Below, piece after piece: positions 1-11,040 of a stretch of DNA of 64,000 nucleotides (position 1 is the stretch's first letter; every line of letters starts with the position of its first letter). Source of the stretch: Octopus sinensis (taxonomy: Eukaryota). The DNA lies in contig NC_043013.1 of assembly GCF_006345805.1 (NCBI RefSeq), positions 24,676,001-24,740,000 of the forward strand. The letters are read 5' to 3'. The notes beneath the pieces are model-generated. The model ran no database searches. It was given only the letters and a program-made list of their open reading frames with translations, and was not told the DNA's origin. The translations under genes and the position numbers were made by a program.

Positions 1-211
1 AAGTACGTGCAAGACAAAAACTTTTAAGAGGGAAAGTGGCATTGGGGGAAGCGATGATGAAAAGGTTATAATGAGACAGATACAGGTGTCTTGTTGTAGA
101 GGAAGTACAAGGTTACCTGGCCAGAGAGCAAAAGATCTGGAATGAAGACAGAAACCAGCATGCTACCGCAAAGAAAATACACAGTTGTCCAACCTGAGGG
201 AAGTACAAGAT

Positions 212-255
<44 letters not shown>

Positions 256-537
256 AGACCACAGGATGGAGATGGTGGCAAAATGCTGGGCATACTCACA
301 AGGAACAGGGATCAGAGTATAAATGAGATGGTTGAGTAAAGGAATGGAGAGATATAGATAATAGTAAGTGCCAGGGTATACCCCCGAGGTTCAAATGCCA
401 TAACATAAGCTACAGGATATTGCAAAGAGAGTGTAATTAAAGAGTGTGAGTAAGTGGCGAAAGACCTATAGATTTGGAGGGGCTACTGGGTAGCAATGAT
501 ACAGAGGAAAAGGGGTGTTATGACAGGAGTGGAGAGT

Positions 538-640
538 GAGAGCTAGGCAAGGGATGAGAGCTAGGCAAGGGGTGAGGGTTAGGCAAGGGGGGAGAGCTAG
601 GCAAAGGGGGAGAGCTAGGCAAGGGAGGAGAGCTAGGCAT
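538..640 (+). repeat. 18-bp minisatellite GAGAGCTAGGCAAGGGNN, ~5.7 copies
   Basis: Directly visible tandem units. Confidence 0.9.
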
Positions 641-982
641 AGTGAACGAAGGAGGAAATGCGAGAAAGAAAAGAGATGTAGATTGGCTTGTTGGGGAAGG
701 GCGATGGACAAGTTTTCTTGTTACATGTGGGTGGAACACTCAGGTTGGGGGCTAGCGGAAGACAATAATAGAGTGAGACAGTTATTCAATTTTATTCCAG
801 CTGTATTCCATACAGCTGGAATAAAATTGAATATTGTTTAAATATCGAAAACTTATTTTCGTTTTTGTGTTTGGTTTCCAAGATTCACGTTGTGAATAGA
901 TGTGTTAAAACAGGTTTTATTGTATATTGGCAAGATCATTATATCAATAATAAACACACACACACACTTGTTCTATTTTACT

Positions 983-1246
983 CCTTTTATTTTTATTAGT
1001 CAACTAGTTAACCATTTAACCAATTAACTAATCAATTGATTGATTAATCATTCAGTCAATGAGTCATTTAACTAGGTTCATCAAGTAGCACAGGAGTCGA
1101 GAGGATGTGTCATTGATAAGGTTGCAAATGACAATGGAAGGATTCTGATGAACATAGTCAACTGATTTATTGACCAAACAATTAATCAAACAATTGATTA
1201 GTTAACTGGTTAAATCATTAACTAGTTTACAAAAAATAATAAAAGA
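983..1246. repeat. ~100-bp imperfect inverted repeat (foldback)
   Basis: Arms 983-1083 and 1146-1246 are reverse complements. Confidence 0.8.
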
Positions 1247-1599
1247 ATTGAAATAAAACCAGTGCATGTGCTTATTAGTGGCATAAATGACCCTCCCAAA
1301 ATACAACAAATTTGAAAACTCGTTTTGGAAAATATATTAAGTTACATCCAAAAGGAAAGAAAATAATGCACATATACACCCATACATGTATGTATATGAG
1401 TGTATGAGAGAAATAGAGAGAAGGAGAACAGTGTGTGTGTGTATGTGTGTGCGAGCGTGTGTGTGTGTGTGTGTGTGTAAGGTAAGATGAAAGAGCAAAT
1501 CTTCAACATGTAGTAAAACATTGTTAATCCTTTGACTGAAGATAAACAAAATCAATGTAATTCTTTTAATATGAATTGAATTAATAAATCATGATGAAC

Positions 1600-2016
1600 A
1601 TCAATGGAATTTGTATCTTTGTGGTACCAGTGCCGGTGGCACATAAGAAAACCATCCGAACGTGGCCGTAGCCAGTATGGCATCGACTGGCCTCCGTGCT
1701 GTGGGCACGTAACAAACACCATCCGATCGTGGCCGTTCGCCAGCCTCGTCTGGCACCTGTGTCGGTGGCACATAAAAAACACCATCCGAGCGTGGCCGTC
1801 TGCCAGCCTCGTCTGGCACCTGTGTCGCTGGCACATAAAATCACCCACTACACTCTCGGAGTGGTTGGCGTTAGGAAGGGCATCCAGCTGTAGAAACACT
1901 GCCAGATCCGACTGGCCTGATGCAGCCTTCGGGCTCCCCAGACCCCAGTTGAACTGTTCAACCCATGCTAGCATGGAAAGCGGACGTTAAATGATGATGA
2001 TTATGATGATGATGAT
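1600..2016 (+). mobile_element. 5'-truncated RTE 3' UTR repeat with ~63-bp internal tandem modules
   Basis: Four gtgccggtggcac-type modules, then gtggttggcgttaggaagggcatcc...catggaaagcggacgttaaa(gat)n. Confidence 0.8.
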
Positions 2017-2782
2017 TGAACGGTAATTTAGCAGAGTTTACATAAACTAAAATATTAAGTTAGAGTTCAGTTTGGAAGCTTATTAATCACAGGCAAACAA
2101 TCCCTTTAACTATGACACAACTCAAACAGTTAACAGTATGTAATGATGCCTGTGACAAGATTCTTTACATTAAAATATTTGCCTCATGCTATAACAGTTA
2201 TATCAATTTCTACAACTTATCAGGGATTGGCCAATAATAAATTTCTTACATCTAAAGGATGGAGTTGTTTAGATAATTCTTAAAATATTCGTCTATAAAA
2301 GAGCTACAATACCTCACCTGCATTAAGCATGAGTGAAGTTCGAAATAAAGTCAACTGATCAAGTGAACGACAAATAAAGTTACTGGAGCCGACATGCACA
2401 TGATGTTCTAGGTTTTAATTTCAGAAGGTAGAAGTATAAAATTAAAATTAGAAATTAAACAAAATAGTCAAGAGATTAGCTTTCAAGGGAAATAACTCAG
2501 AATATCATCTAAAGAGTTACTAACCTTTAACTCACATTAAAATCCCCGGGGAAGAAATTTCCTCTTTATAAAGTAGATGCATGCAATGGCACACTTGTGT
2601 ACAATGTATGTTCTTTTGAAGCGAGTCGCATTATAGAAGGTTAATTAGAAAATTTGAGTGATTTTAGCACCTTGCCCTGGTACATATTTATCCTTTATTA
2701 GTGAAGTGCACTGCTTGTCTTGAGTTTCAAACCAATTTTAATGCTTGTTTTGTTAAGATACACTCACATACACACATGCACG

Positions 2783-2818
<36 letters not shown>

Positions 2819-3131
2819 ACACACACACACTAATATAATTTATAAAAATGATGATGTATCATAACTCATTGTGCTTTATTCTAATGTGCTATGGATCGTA
2901 AACAGTTTAAAATTATTGTTCTTGACTAAAATATTCTAAAATCTTAAGGTGAACAGCTCCAGAAACACACAAAGTATAAAAATCAATGTAGGAAGAGGTG
3001 TAAACAAACAATTGTTTCATTGTATTTATATTACATGAACAATAGCACTTAATCTTTCCAAAATGGAGATAAATAACAGTGAAATACACTTTATCCTTAT
3101 AAATACTGAAGCATAAGGCAAAATGGCAGGT

Positions 3132-3202
3132 ATCATCATCATCTCCTCCTCCTCCTCCTCCTCCTCCTTCTTCTTCTTCTTCTTCTTCTTCTTCTTCATC
3201 AT
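3132..3202 (+). repeat. (ATC)n(TCC)n(TTC)n compound trinucleotide microsatellite
   Basis: Directly visible. Confidence 0.9.
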
Positions 3203-3244
3203 TTACCATCTGTTTTTCATGTTTCTTATTTCTTTTTTTTTTTA

Positions 3245-3400
3245 TTGCTCACAAGGGGCTAAACATAGAGGGGACAAACAAGGACAGAGAAAGGGATTAA
3301 GTCGATTACATCGACCCCAGTGTGTAACTAGTACTTAATTTATCGACCTCCGATAGGATGAAAGGCAAAGTCGACCTCAGCAGAATTTGAACTCAGAGCA
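3245..3400 (-). mobile_element. SINE family B copy (tRNA-like head, cctttcatcct...gtcgataaa central domain)
   Basis: Homologous to copies at 58765-58980 and 62805-63000. Confidence 0.7.
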
Positions 3401-3404
3401 TTTA

Positions 3405-3680
3405 CACATTGTCATATGTGCACACTGACATTGCACATTCAGTGCAGCATACTAATTTCATTTCTTTCATGCTTTCACATATCCCTTGCAGTCACAGCCT
3501 GTGTTTCACTGCCATGTAGCATGGCTGTTTGCACAGAGGCATCATGCAGTCTGGATTTCACTCTGAGGGAGAAGCCTTTTCTTACCAACAAAGATAGAAG
3601 CTTTCTGAACTTTGCCCAGCCTATTCTTATTCTAGCAGCTATGCTCTCAGAGCACCTACCTCCAATGCTGACTTAGTCAC
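3405..3680 (-). mobile_element. RTE RT C-terminal fragment
   Basis: Homologous to 40540-40780 in reverse orientation. Confidence 0.7.
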
Positions 3681-3739
3681 CTAAGTAATGGAAGTTATCA
3701 ACTATTTCTCTGTATTATCCCTGGTATATGATGGCATCT

Positions 3740-4680
3740 ATTTTCTGTACATTTCTAGCATGTATTGTACCTATTTGCAAAAGTCACCTGTGGTGTCCCT
3801 CAGGGGACTGTATTGGGCCTGCTCCTCTTTATAATCCATATAAATGACCTTTCCAGCATCATAAAACACCGCAAAATGAAAATATTCGCTTATGACTCTA
3901 AGCTTCAGAAAATTATCAATGAAGAAGAAGGCCGAACTCAACTCCAGTCTAATTGACATATGATGCGTCAATGGGCAGACAAAAACAAAATGCAACTAAA
4001 CGATGGAAAATTTGAGCTGATGCATTTTGGAAAAAGGCTATGCTAAAAGACCCATACTGTCTTCCTTCAGGGGAACCTCTCCCAGCATCTAATAATATCA
4101 GAGACCTAGGAGTAATTGCTGATAGCAATCTCAGTCGGAGTCCCACATCAAAAATAAGGTCGATATAGCTTGTAGGATGAGCTTCTGGATCTTAAGAACC
4201 TTCCAGTCCAGAGAACAAGGTGTCATCATACCACTTTTCTCCTCCTTTGCACAGTCACACCTCGAATACTGCTGCCCACTGTAGTCTCCCCATACAAAAC
4301 AAAACATCTCGAAAATTGAATCATCCCAGAGGGCATTCACTAAACGAGTTAAGGGCATGACTGATCTCGATTACTGGGACTGTCTTAAAACTTTAAAACT
4401 CTACTCTCTCCTGCACCGCCACGAGGGGTACATCACTTGCACAATGTGGAGATTGTACCGCCAGCATTGCCCAAATGACCTCAACATTAGTTTCAAGATT
4501 CATCCAAGGCTAGGACCACAGGCCATACGTCCCCTACCCAATTCAGGATCACAACGCATAAATACACTGCAACAGAATTTATTTTCCTTGACAGGTATTA
4601 TTTAACATTGTCCCGAAACAGATCAAAGAGGAAAAGGATCCCATAACCTTTAAACGGAATCTGAACAAATTTTCTACATA
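3740..4680 (+). mobile_element. CR1-like LINE RT/3' fragment
   Basis: GVPQGTVLGLLLFIIHINDL, KIFAYDSKL and downstream CR1 C-terminal motifs, with frameshifts. Confidence 0.8.
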
Positions 4681-5209
4681 TCAGACAGGGCCATCTCCCT
4701 GAAAGGATTTGTGATTTGTCTGTTTTCCTACTTACTGAGACTTTGGTCTTTGCCAAATTGACTCTAAGGTCCTCTGACTCCAGACCTGGCCTCTACATCT
4801 GAAATTTCTTCTCTAGTTCTAGTAGTGATTCAGCTGGTCATCAGTATTGAGGAATTCCCAAGGACAGCCTGCCTTAAATTCCTCTGTTATAGCCTGGAGG
4901 ATCGTGATGAACAAGAGGGGACTGAAAACCTATCCTTGGTGAACTCCTACCTGTACACTGAATTCATTGCTATACTTGTTGCCAATCCTCACCTTACTGA
5001 CAGCATCCTGGTACAAGGCCTGGACAGCTCTTACCAACCACCCATCTATTACTAGCTTCCACATTGACTACCAAATAAGGGAGCTGGGTCCCTGTCAAAG
5101 GTTTTCTCCATGTCAACAGAAACCAAGTACAGAGGTTTATTCTTGGCTTAGTACTCCTCTTTTTAGTTGCCTTCCCAGGAATATATCAGCACCAGTGTTT
5201 CTCTCCAGC

Positions 5210-5515
5210 ACTAAACCAAACTGCATAGCGTCTAGACTAACTCTCTTCCTAATTAGTTGAGCCATGAACCTCTCAGTAACTTTCATCACCTTCTCCAACA
5301 GTTTGCTACCTCTCTAATTATTTCTGTTAAAGGCATCACCTTTACCTTTGTAGCTGTTGACTATGGTGCTGCTACACCAGTTGTTGGGTATGACTCCCTC
5401 GTGTACAACCTGATTAACCATACAAATGGCTAGACCATAACCCACACCACCTGATATTTTAAGCATCTCAGCAGTGATTCCTGATGGGCTGGGGGCTTTC
5501 CCTGTCTGCATACAT
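5210..5515 (-). mobile_element. RTE RT N-terminal fragment
   Basis: GKAPSPSGITAEMLK...IPNNWCSSTIVNSYKGKGDA. Confidence 0.8.
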
Positions 5516-5774
5516 TGTTAATTTTAAACAATAAGCACTTAAACACAAAAACTGAGTTAAACTCACTGCTTTGAAATTGAGAAAAACTTCACTTCATCAC
5601 AAAACTAATGAGAATCTCTTTTTCTTTTTTCTCATTCAAACAAAAAAATGTCATATGAAAATAATAGACATACAAAGCATGTGTCAGCAGCTGACACAAT
5701 TTCTTCAGGGCCAGATCCATAGTCTCACGAAACTGACAGATGCCTACTACTACTACTACTACTACTTCTACTAA

Positions 5775-8320
5775 GCAAAAACTACTATTTCTTCTATCAA
5801 TCTGTTCAAATATATAGGGACAGTTCCTAATGCACCTATAACTACAGGGATACATTTTTACCTACACTTTCCAAAACTTCTGTCATTCAATGGCTAGGTT
5901 TTAATACTATTTTCTCTATAACTCTCATATTGACTTTCTTATCATTTGGGACTGTAAAGCCATTTACCTGGTGCTTTCTATTTTCTTTGTCTACTGCTAC
6001 TAAATCAGACTTTCTAGCTTTTATTACTCTGTCAGTTTGAATGTTAAAATTCCACATCTTATATTTCTTACTTTCTAACACTAATAGGGTCATGTTCATA
6101 TCACTTAACATGATGAAATACTAGTTTTCTACATAATTCACAATGGATTATTCCCCCTGGATTGTCATGTCTTTTGTATTCTTTCTGTGCCTACATAATA
6201 CATTTACTAACGTATCTGAGTAACACTCCTCTTTTGATTTACATTACCTACATGGCCTAGTGGTTGGAGCAGTGAACTCATGGTCGAGTGATCACGGGTT
6301 CGAATTTCAGACCGGGCCGTGTGTGTGTTTATGAGCGAACTACCTAAGCTCCACACAGCTCCAGCAGAAGTTAATGGTTAATTTCTGCTAACTCTTTTGC
6401 CACAAGTTTCTCTCTCTCTCTCCTCCTGCATCCCGCCCAGGTGGGGAACCTATATGCTAATGAAATCAGGAAACTGGCCCTTATGAGCTAGGCATGGATT
6501 AAGAAGGAACGAACAAACAACATTGAGACTCTACCTAATTTTTGTCTATTTCAACTTTATCCAATTAGTCCTCAATGCTTGATTTTATGCTACCACTAAC
6601 AAACTTTTTGTCTGCCTTTTCAGCCATCCTTTCTGCAACCACAACCATGTCTCATTATTACTATTTTCTGCCACTATCTTTGGAAATCTATCATGTAAAA
6701 CCATCTCTTTCCTACCAGATAATCTTACTTCTTTTTTCTGTTTCTTAATCTCATTTGGCTTTTGGGTTTCCCTATCTCCTACTGTTACTCTAGCAGCTCT
6801 TGATAAAATTTCCTCACTATTACATACATAGGAGGATATATTTACTCTAGCTAACTCCACACAGTCTTCTACTGATATTAAACCTGTAAGACCTGCTTTT
6901 CTATGTAAATATAGTCTTGTTACTCCTGCTCTTGGATGAAATCCTCTATTCATATTGAATTCCTATCTGGTCCTTCTGTCTAGATTTGCTAATTCAGAAA
7001 AGCTGCTGAATATCTAAATAACGATAGTACCCAGGTGTTTACAACCTTCGTTAGATTCAGACCATTCAGCTACGACTTTATTAACTTCTTCACCCACCTA
7101 ATGTACTCCTCAATTTCTACATTCATTTCTACAGTTAGTACTCTGACAGTTTCTAATATTAAAAGATACTTATAACTTTCTCCTTTCAGTGATTTTAATG
7201 TCTGGCCATCTGGTAATTGAATGCCTTCACTGCTGACTACCTGTCCTTTTCTTATGAGTAATACTGTGCACTTATCTCCGCCAAATTCCATACCTATATA
7301 TTTGCAGAAGAGCTTTGCAGTTTGTATAAAAAAATCTATCTGTTTTTTTTATATTCTTACTAAAATGTTTCAGATAATCCATGTAGAGCAAATAGTTAAT
7401 TTTTCCTTTAAACTGATATCCTGCCTCCTTTGCCTTTCTTAATACTAAACTGTGGGGGAATAAAAATAAACATAACATAAATATTCAAGGGAATAATGAG
7501 TCTCCTTGGAAAATTCTTCTCTTGATATTCACTTTCCCTAAGGCTGTATCGCTTGAGTAGAGATCTGCTTTCCATTTCTTCATGCTATCGCTAATTAATT
7601 CACTTATGTTGTCTGCTGTTCTGAATATTCTCAAACATTTGCTTAACCATGAGTGTGGGATTAGGTTTAGACTTCCTTATAATCTATCCATGCTATTATT
7701 AAATTTTTCTTTCTAAATTTCACTTCTTTAGGACTGCTTTGTCTATGTGTAGTAGATCATACATTCTTCTAGTCTTCTTCCTGCAACTTTTCCATTCTTC
7801 TCAAAATAAACTCTGGCTGTCACAGTGCTCATAAATGCTTTCGGAGAGCATTACTGTGAATAGTTTCCACAGAATAGTAAGCAAGTGATTGATCTACTAT
7901 AATTACTAGCTATGTTGCCCTTGCTTTCATCTTCCACAAGGAGAACTGTTTTCTCTCTACTCTTCCTTTCAGCAATCCTGAAGTTGTTCCTGCAGCCTCC
8001 CATGTAAACTACTAAATTTCTTTAACCAGTACTCTTGAACTAAATCTGATCCCAGATCCTTCCAATTTGGCATTTGCACTAGTTAGTTTTAGATCTGACT
8101 GCTTCTCACTAACTGCTTCTTCCCTTACTTTCTGTAACCAGGCTGCATCTCCAGTATGATCAACTAGCTTTTTCCAACTGTAACTCCAGAACTTTCTAGC
8201 TTCTTTTGCATTCGGCTTCTCATCTTCAATAGTTTCTTCTACATTATTTATTTGGTGATAAAACCGCCCAGGAACTTCCTGCACACTCACCCTGTCCAGT
8301 CCTCTGTAGCACTTCACTTA
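5775..8320 (-). mobile_element. Degenerate non-LTR retrotransposon with C-terminal restriction-like endonuclease (R4/Dong-like)
   Basis: RT pieces (INYLLYMDYLK, MEFGGDKC, FHPRAGVTRLYLHRK..GLISVED), then RLE pieces (WNFNIQTDRVIKARKSDLVAVDK; IPVVIGALGTVP). Clade assignment is by motif recall. Confidence 0.8.
6245..6520 (+). mobile_element. tRNA-derived SINE nested in the RLE LINE
   Basis: A-box TGGCCTAGTGG, B-box GGTTCGAAT, non-tRNA body, AAC-rich tail. Confidence 0.7.
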
Positions 8321-8519
8321 TATTCGCCCCCTTGTACCTTATGGGTATGTCACAACACATCTTCACCACTATCTTCTCTGACTGTCTATCTGTCTGTCTG
8401 TCTGTCTCTCTCCCATTCCCAACAGAAAAACCTCTATAGCAAGGCATTTGTTTCTGTCCCTCGGTCATACTCTAAACTCTCACCAACTGGCACAAAGTTA
8501 CCTACCTGAATAGAGCTTC

Positions 8520-8712
8520 TCACTTGATTGAGGGGTACCAGGAACACTTTCTAAAGTGGTTGGCGTTATGAAGGGCATACATCCTTAGGAACCATGCCAA
8601 AACAGACAACTGAATTTGTTGCAGTCCTCTGGCACGCCAACTCCTGTCAATCCGTCAAATTCATGCTAGTATGGAAAATAGACGTTATATGGTGATGAGG
8701 ATGATGATGATG
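8520..8712 (+). mobile_element. RTE 3' UTR repeat copy
   Basis: gtggttggcgttatgaagggc...(gat)n tail running into (TACA)n. Confidence 0.7.
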
Positions 8713-8825
8713 ACATACATACATACATACATACATACATACATACATACATACATACATACAAACATACATACATACATACATACATACATACATACAT
8801 ACATACATAGACAGACAGATAGATA
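8713..8825 (+). repeat. (TACA)n/(AGAC)n/(AGAT)n compound microsatellite
   Basis: Directly visible. Confidence 0.95.
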
Positions 8826-8979
8826 GATCCATTCGTGCGTCAATAGAATTCTTAGAATACACACACACAACTGTATATGTGCGTGAGTGGGTTTGTATGA
8901 CAGGCGCTTTTAAAACTTATTTTTTGTAGTTAACGACAGCTTCTTGTATCTAATAACCATTACAGACTGCTCCCTCATA

Positions 8980-9045
8980 TAAATCCTCTCTCCGCCACAG
9001 ACCGCTCCCTGCCAGTAGTCATGTGACATAGCCAAGATGGCAGAC
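8980..9045 (+). promoter_or_regulatory. Putative SPG11 core promoter/5' UTR with M-box/CLEAR-like GTCATGTGAC and YY1-like CAAGATGGC
   Basis: GTCATGTGAC at 9018-9027; AAGATGGC overlaps the start codon; pyrimidine-rich cctctctccgcc upstream. TSS unknown. Confidence 0.45.
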
Positions 9046-9239
9046 GATGGAGAAAGCGATGCCGACTTTTTGGAATACAAACTCTGCGCTTTCCAAGATG
9101 AGTTGTCTCTGGATGGAATTAAAAACATTCTGCTATGTCCTCGCTACCACATCCTTGTCATTCTGTATGACGATGGCAATTTACATGTTGTCCGGGCATC
9201 GGAGACCCGACAACGACTGAAAGCTGTCCCCAACGTCAG
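9037..9239 (+). CDS. SPG11: Spatacsin exon 1 (MADDGESDADFLEYKL...KAVPNV-R)
   Basis: ATG in strong context (gccaagATGG) in a locally GC/CpG-richer region; donor AG|GTGAGT at 9239/9240, phase 2, matching exon 2. Assigned by frame continuity with downstream, clearly spatacsin-like exons. Confidence 0.8.
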
Positions 9240-10204
9240 GTGAGTGGACTTTAATCGTCGTAGCTATGTTGCAAGTTTTTCCTTCTTCACTTAATGTAGA
9301 TTATTCCACTTGAGAGAACATCTGAACGTCTTAATTTCACTCTTCCTAGTTCTTATTCTGGTTGCAAGAATTCCAGACATCCGAACTATTGCTCTTTCTG
9401 CCCACTGGACATCAAACATTTCTCAGGACACGACAAATGTTTCAGCAGGAACTCTGAGTTGTCTGTTTTTATTGCGATCCTATATTGAATTAATTCGCAA
9501 ATACTAAATAGCAATGCAACGATGTTTTCTTGTACAAATTTGGATACAGTAGTACCTCAGTTTACGAACGCCTCTAATCACGAATAAATCGTACTTTATA
9601 TGTATGTACACACACACACACACACACGATTTATTCGTGATCAGAGTGGTTCGAAAACCGAGGTTCTCCTGTACTCGAAATCCTAATACTAAAGCCAACA
9701 ACGAATCGTTCAGAAACATTAAATTAAGAGGCACACTACATATTCGTTCTTTAATCGCTTGCATGCTAGACATGTATCTAATATTATATGCTACATTCAT
9801 AAACAACAACAAGAGTAGTATGTAAATAAAACCTTCTTATTCCTATAAACTGTAAACTACTGTGAACCACCACCTCCCACCGAACACTGCTAACGGTAAG
9901 GGCCAAGGACTCGCCCTTCCCTATCTTAGATGCAAATTGAAATGTAATAGAAGTATATTCATATATAATTGGTGTTACAAAATGTTTGTTTTCATCCATA
10001 ACATTGTATTTACTTTTTGCAGTTTTGGTCGTAAATATTTCAACGATGATTACGGTATTTTGGTTTTAAAAGTTACGGGAAGGTATAAACGTTCCAGATA
10101 GTGATCAGTAAATATACTACCAATATAGAGAATATAAATATTTCTGTCAATATAAAGATCCTCAGCCGGGAACAAAAACAAAAATTAACCAGCCTAGGGG
10201 GGTG

Positions 10205-10637
10205 TTAACGGATCTTTTCCTTTTGAACGGCACGTGTCAACACAATTTCCAGTTAACTAAACACTTTTAAACTTCGTATACTGGTTGAATGTGTTTATAA
10301 AACAGCATTTTTTCTTGGCTTATTGAGAAAATTCTATATGTTGTAACATATTTCCACTTTAATTTCAAGCATATCGGCAATTTTAACCAATCGCTGACCT
10401 CCATTTGGGGTGAAAACATTCCGTGTTGTATGAATATGTCCCTCGTTTAAGAAACAGATTGGGTTTATTTACATTTGCGAAGAAAAAAAGATACCCTTCC
10501 CCCACCTCTAACCCTAATTCTAACCCTAAATCTAAAATAGATTGAAATGCAATAGATCAATACTAGGGTTATAATTATGAGTGACAATTTCATACGACAC
10601 CGCTACGGAAAATGGGATTTTTTTCTAGCGGTGTATC
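10205..10637. mobile_element. Unclassified DNA-transposon-like repeat with a terminal hairpin
   Basis: Starts ggatcttttccttttgaacggc; contains CTAACCCT hexamer-like repeats; ends acaccgcta...tagcggtgt. Confidence 0.4.
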
Positions 10638-11040
10638 CTAGTGATTAGGGTTTTGATCACGATCGTATGATCATGGTTTCAATCCCTGGGCCAAGCAGTG
10701 CGTTGTGTTGTTGAATGACATAGAAATGTGTGCAGAAACTAAGCTCCGAAAGCAGGCCTGTCGTCAGACTTTAGTGCGTGGGGCAGCTTCAGAATATTCT
10801 GAGTGGGCATTAATTTGTAATATGCTTAAGTGGAGTTTTGAAATAAGTGTATCACTGTAAATCTGAGGGTACACCAAGAGAGCAGTGCTGTTCAGTGCAC
10901 CCCCTTAGTGACTTGCATGCTTCGAGGGATCAGATGTCGCGTGCTTGTTATGAATTATAAAATCCTATCATTAATTCCTTTGCACAATAGTAAATAGTAG
11001 ATAAAAATATAGTTATCTTATTTTGTATTGAGTACAAAAA

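Noticed and set aside
1621-1850. CRISPR-like array
   Set aside because: The ~63-bp units are homologous over their whole length with no unique spacers, belong to a LINE 3' UTR, and no cas genes are present in this eukaryotic DNA.
6245-6320. tRNA gene (also considered at 61215-61290 and 10640-10700)
   Set aside because: Only A/B-box-like heads; no complete cloverleaf, and they continue into SINE bodies.
9860-9900. Alternative first exon ending at ACG|GTAAGG
   Set aside because: A single donor-like site with no supporting frame or promoter evidence.
10508-10530. Interstitial telomere
   Set aside because: Only two imperfect CCCTAA-type units inside a dispersed repeat.
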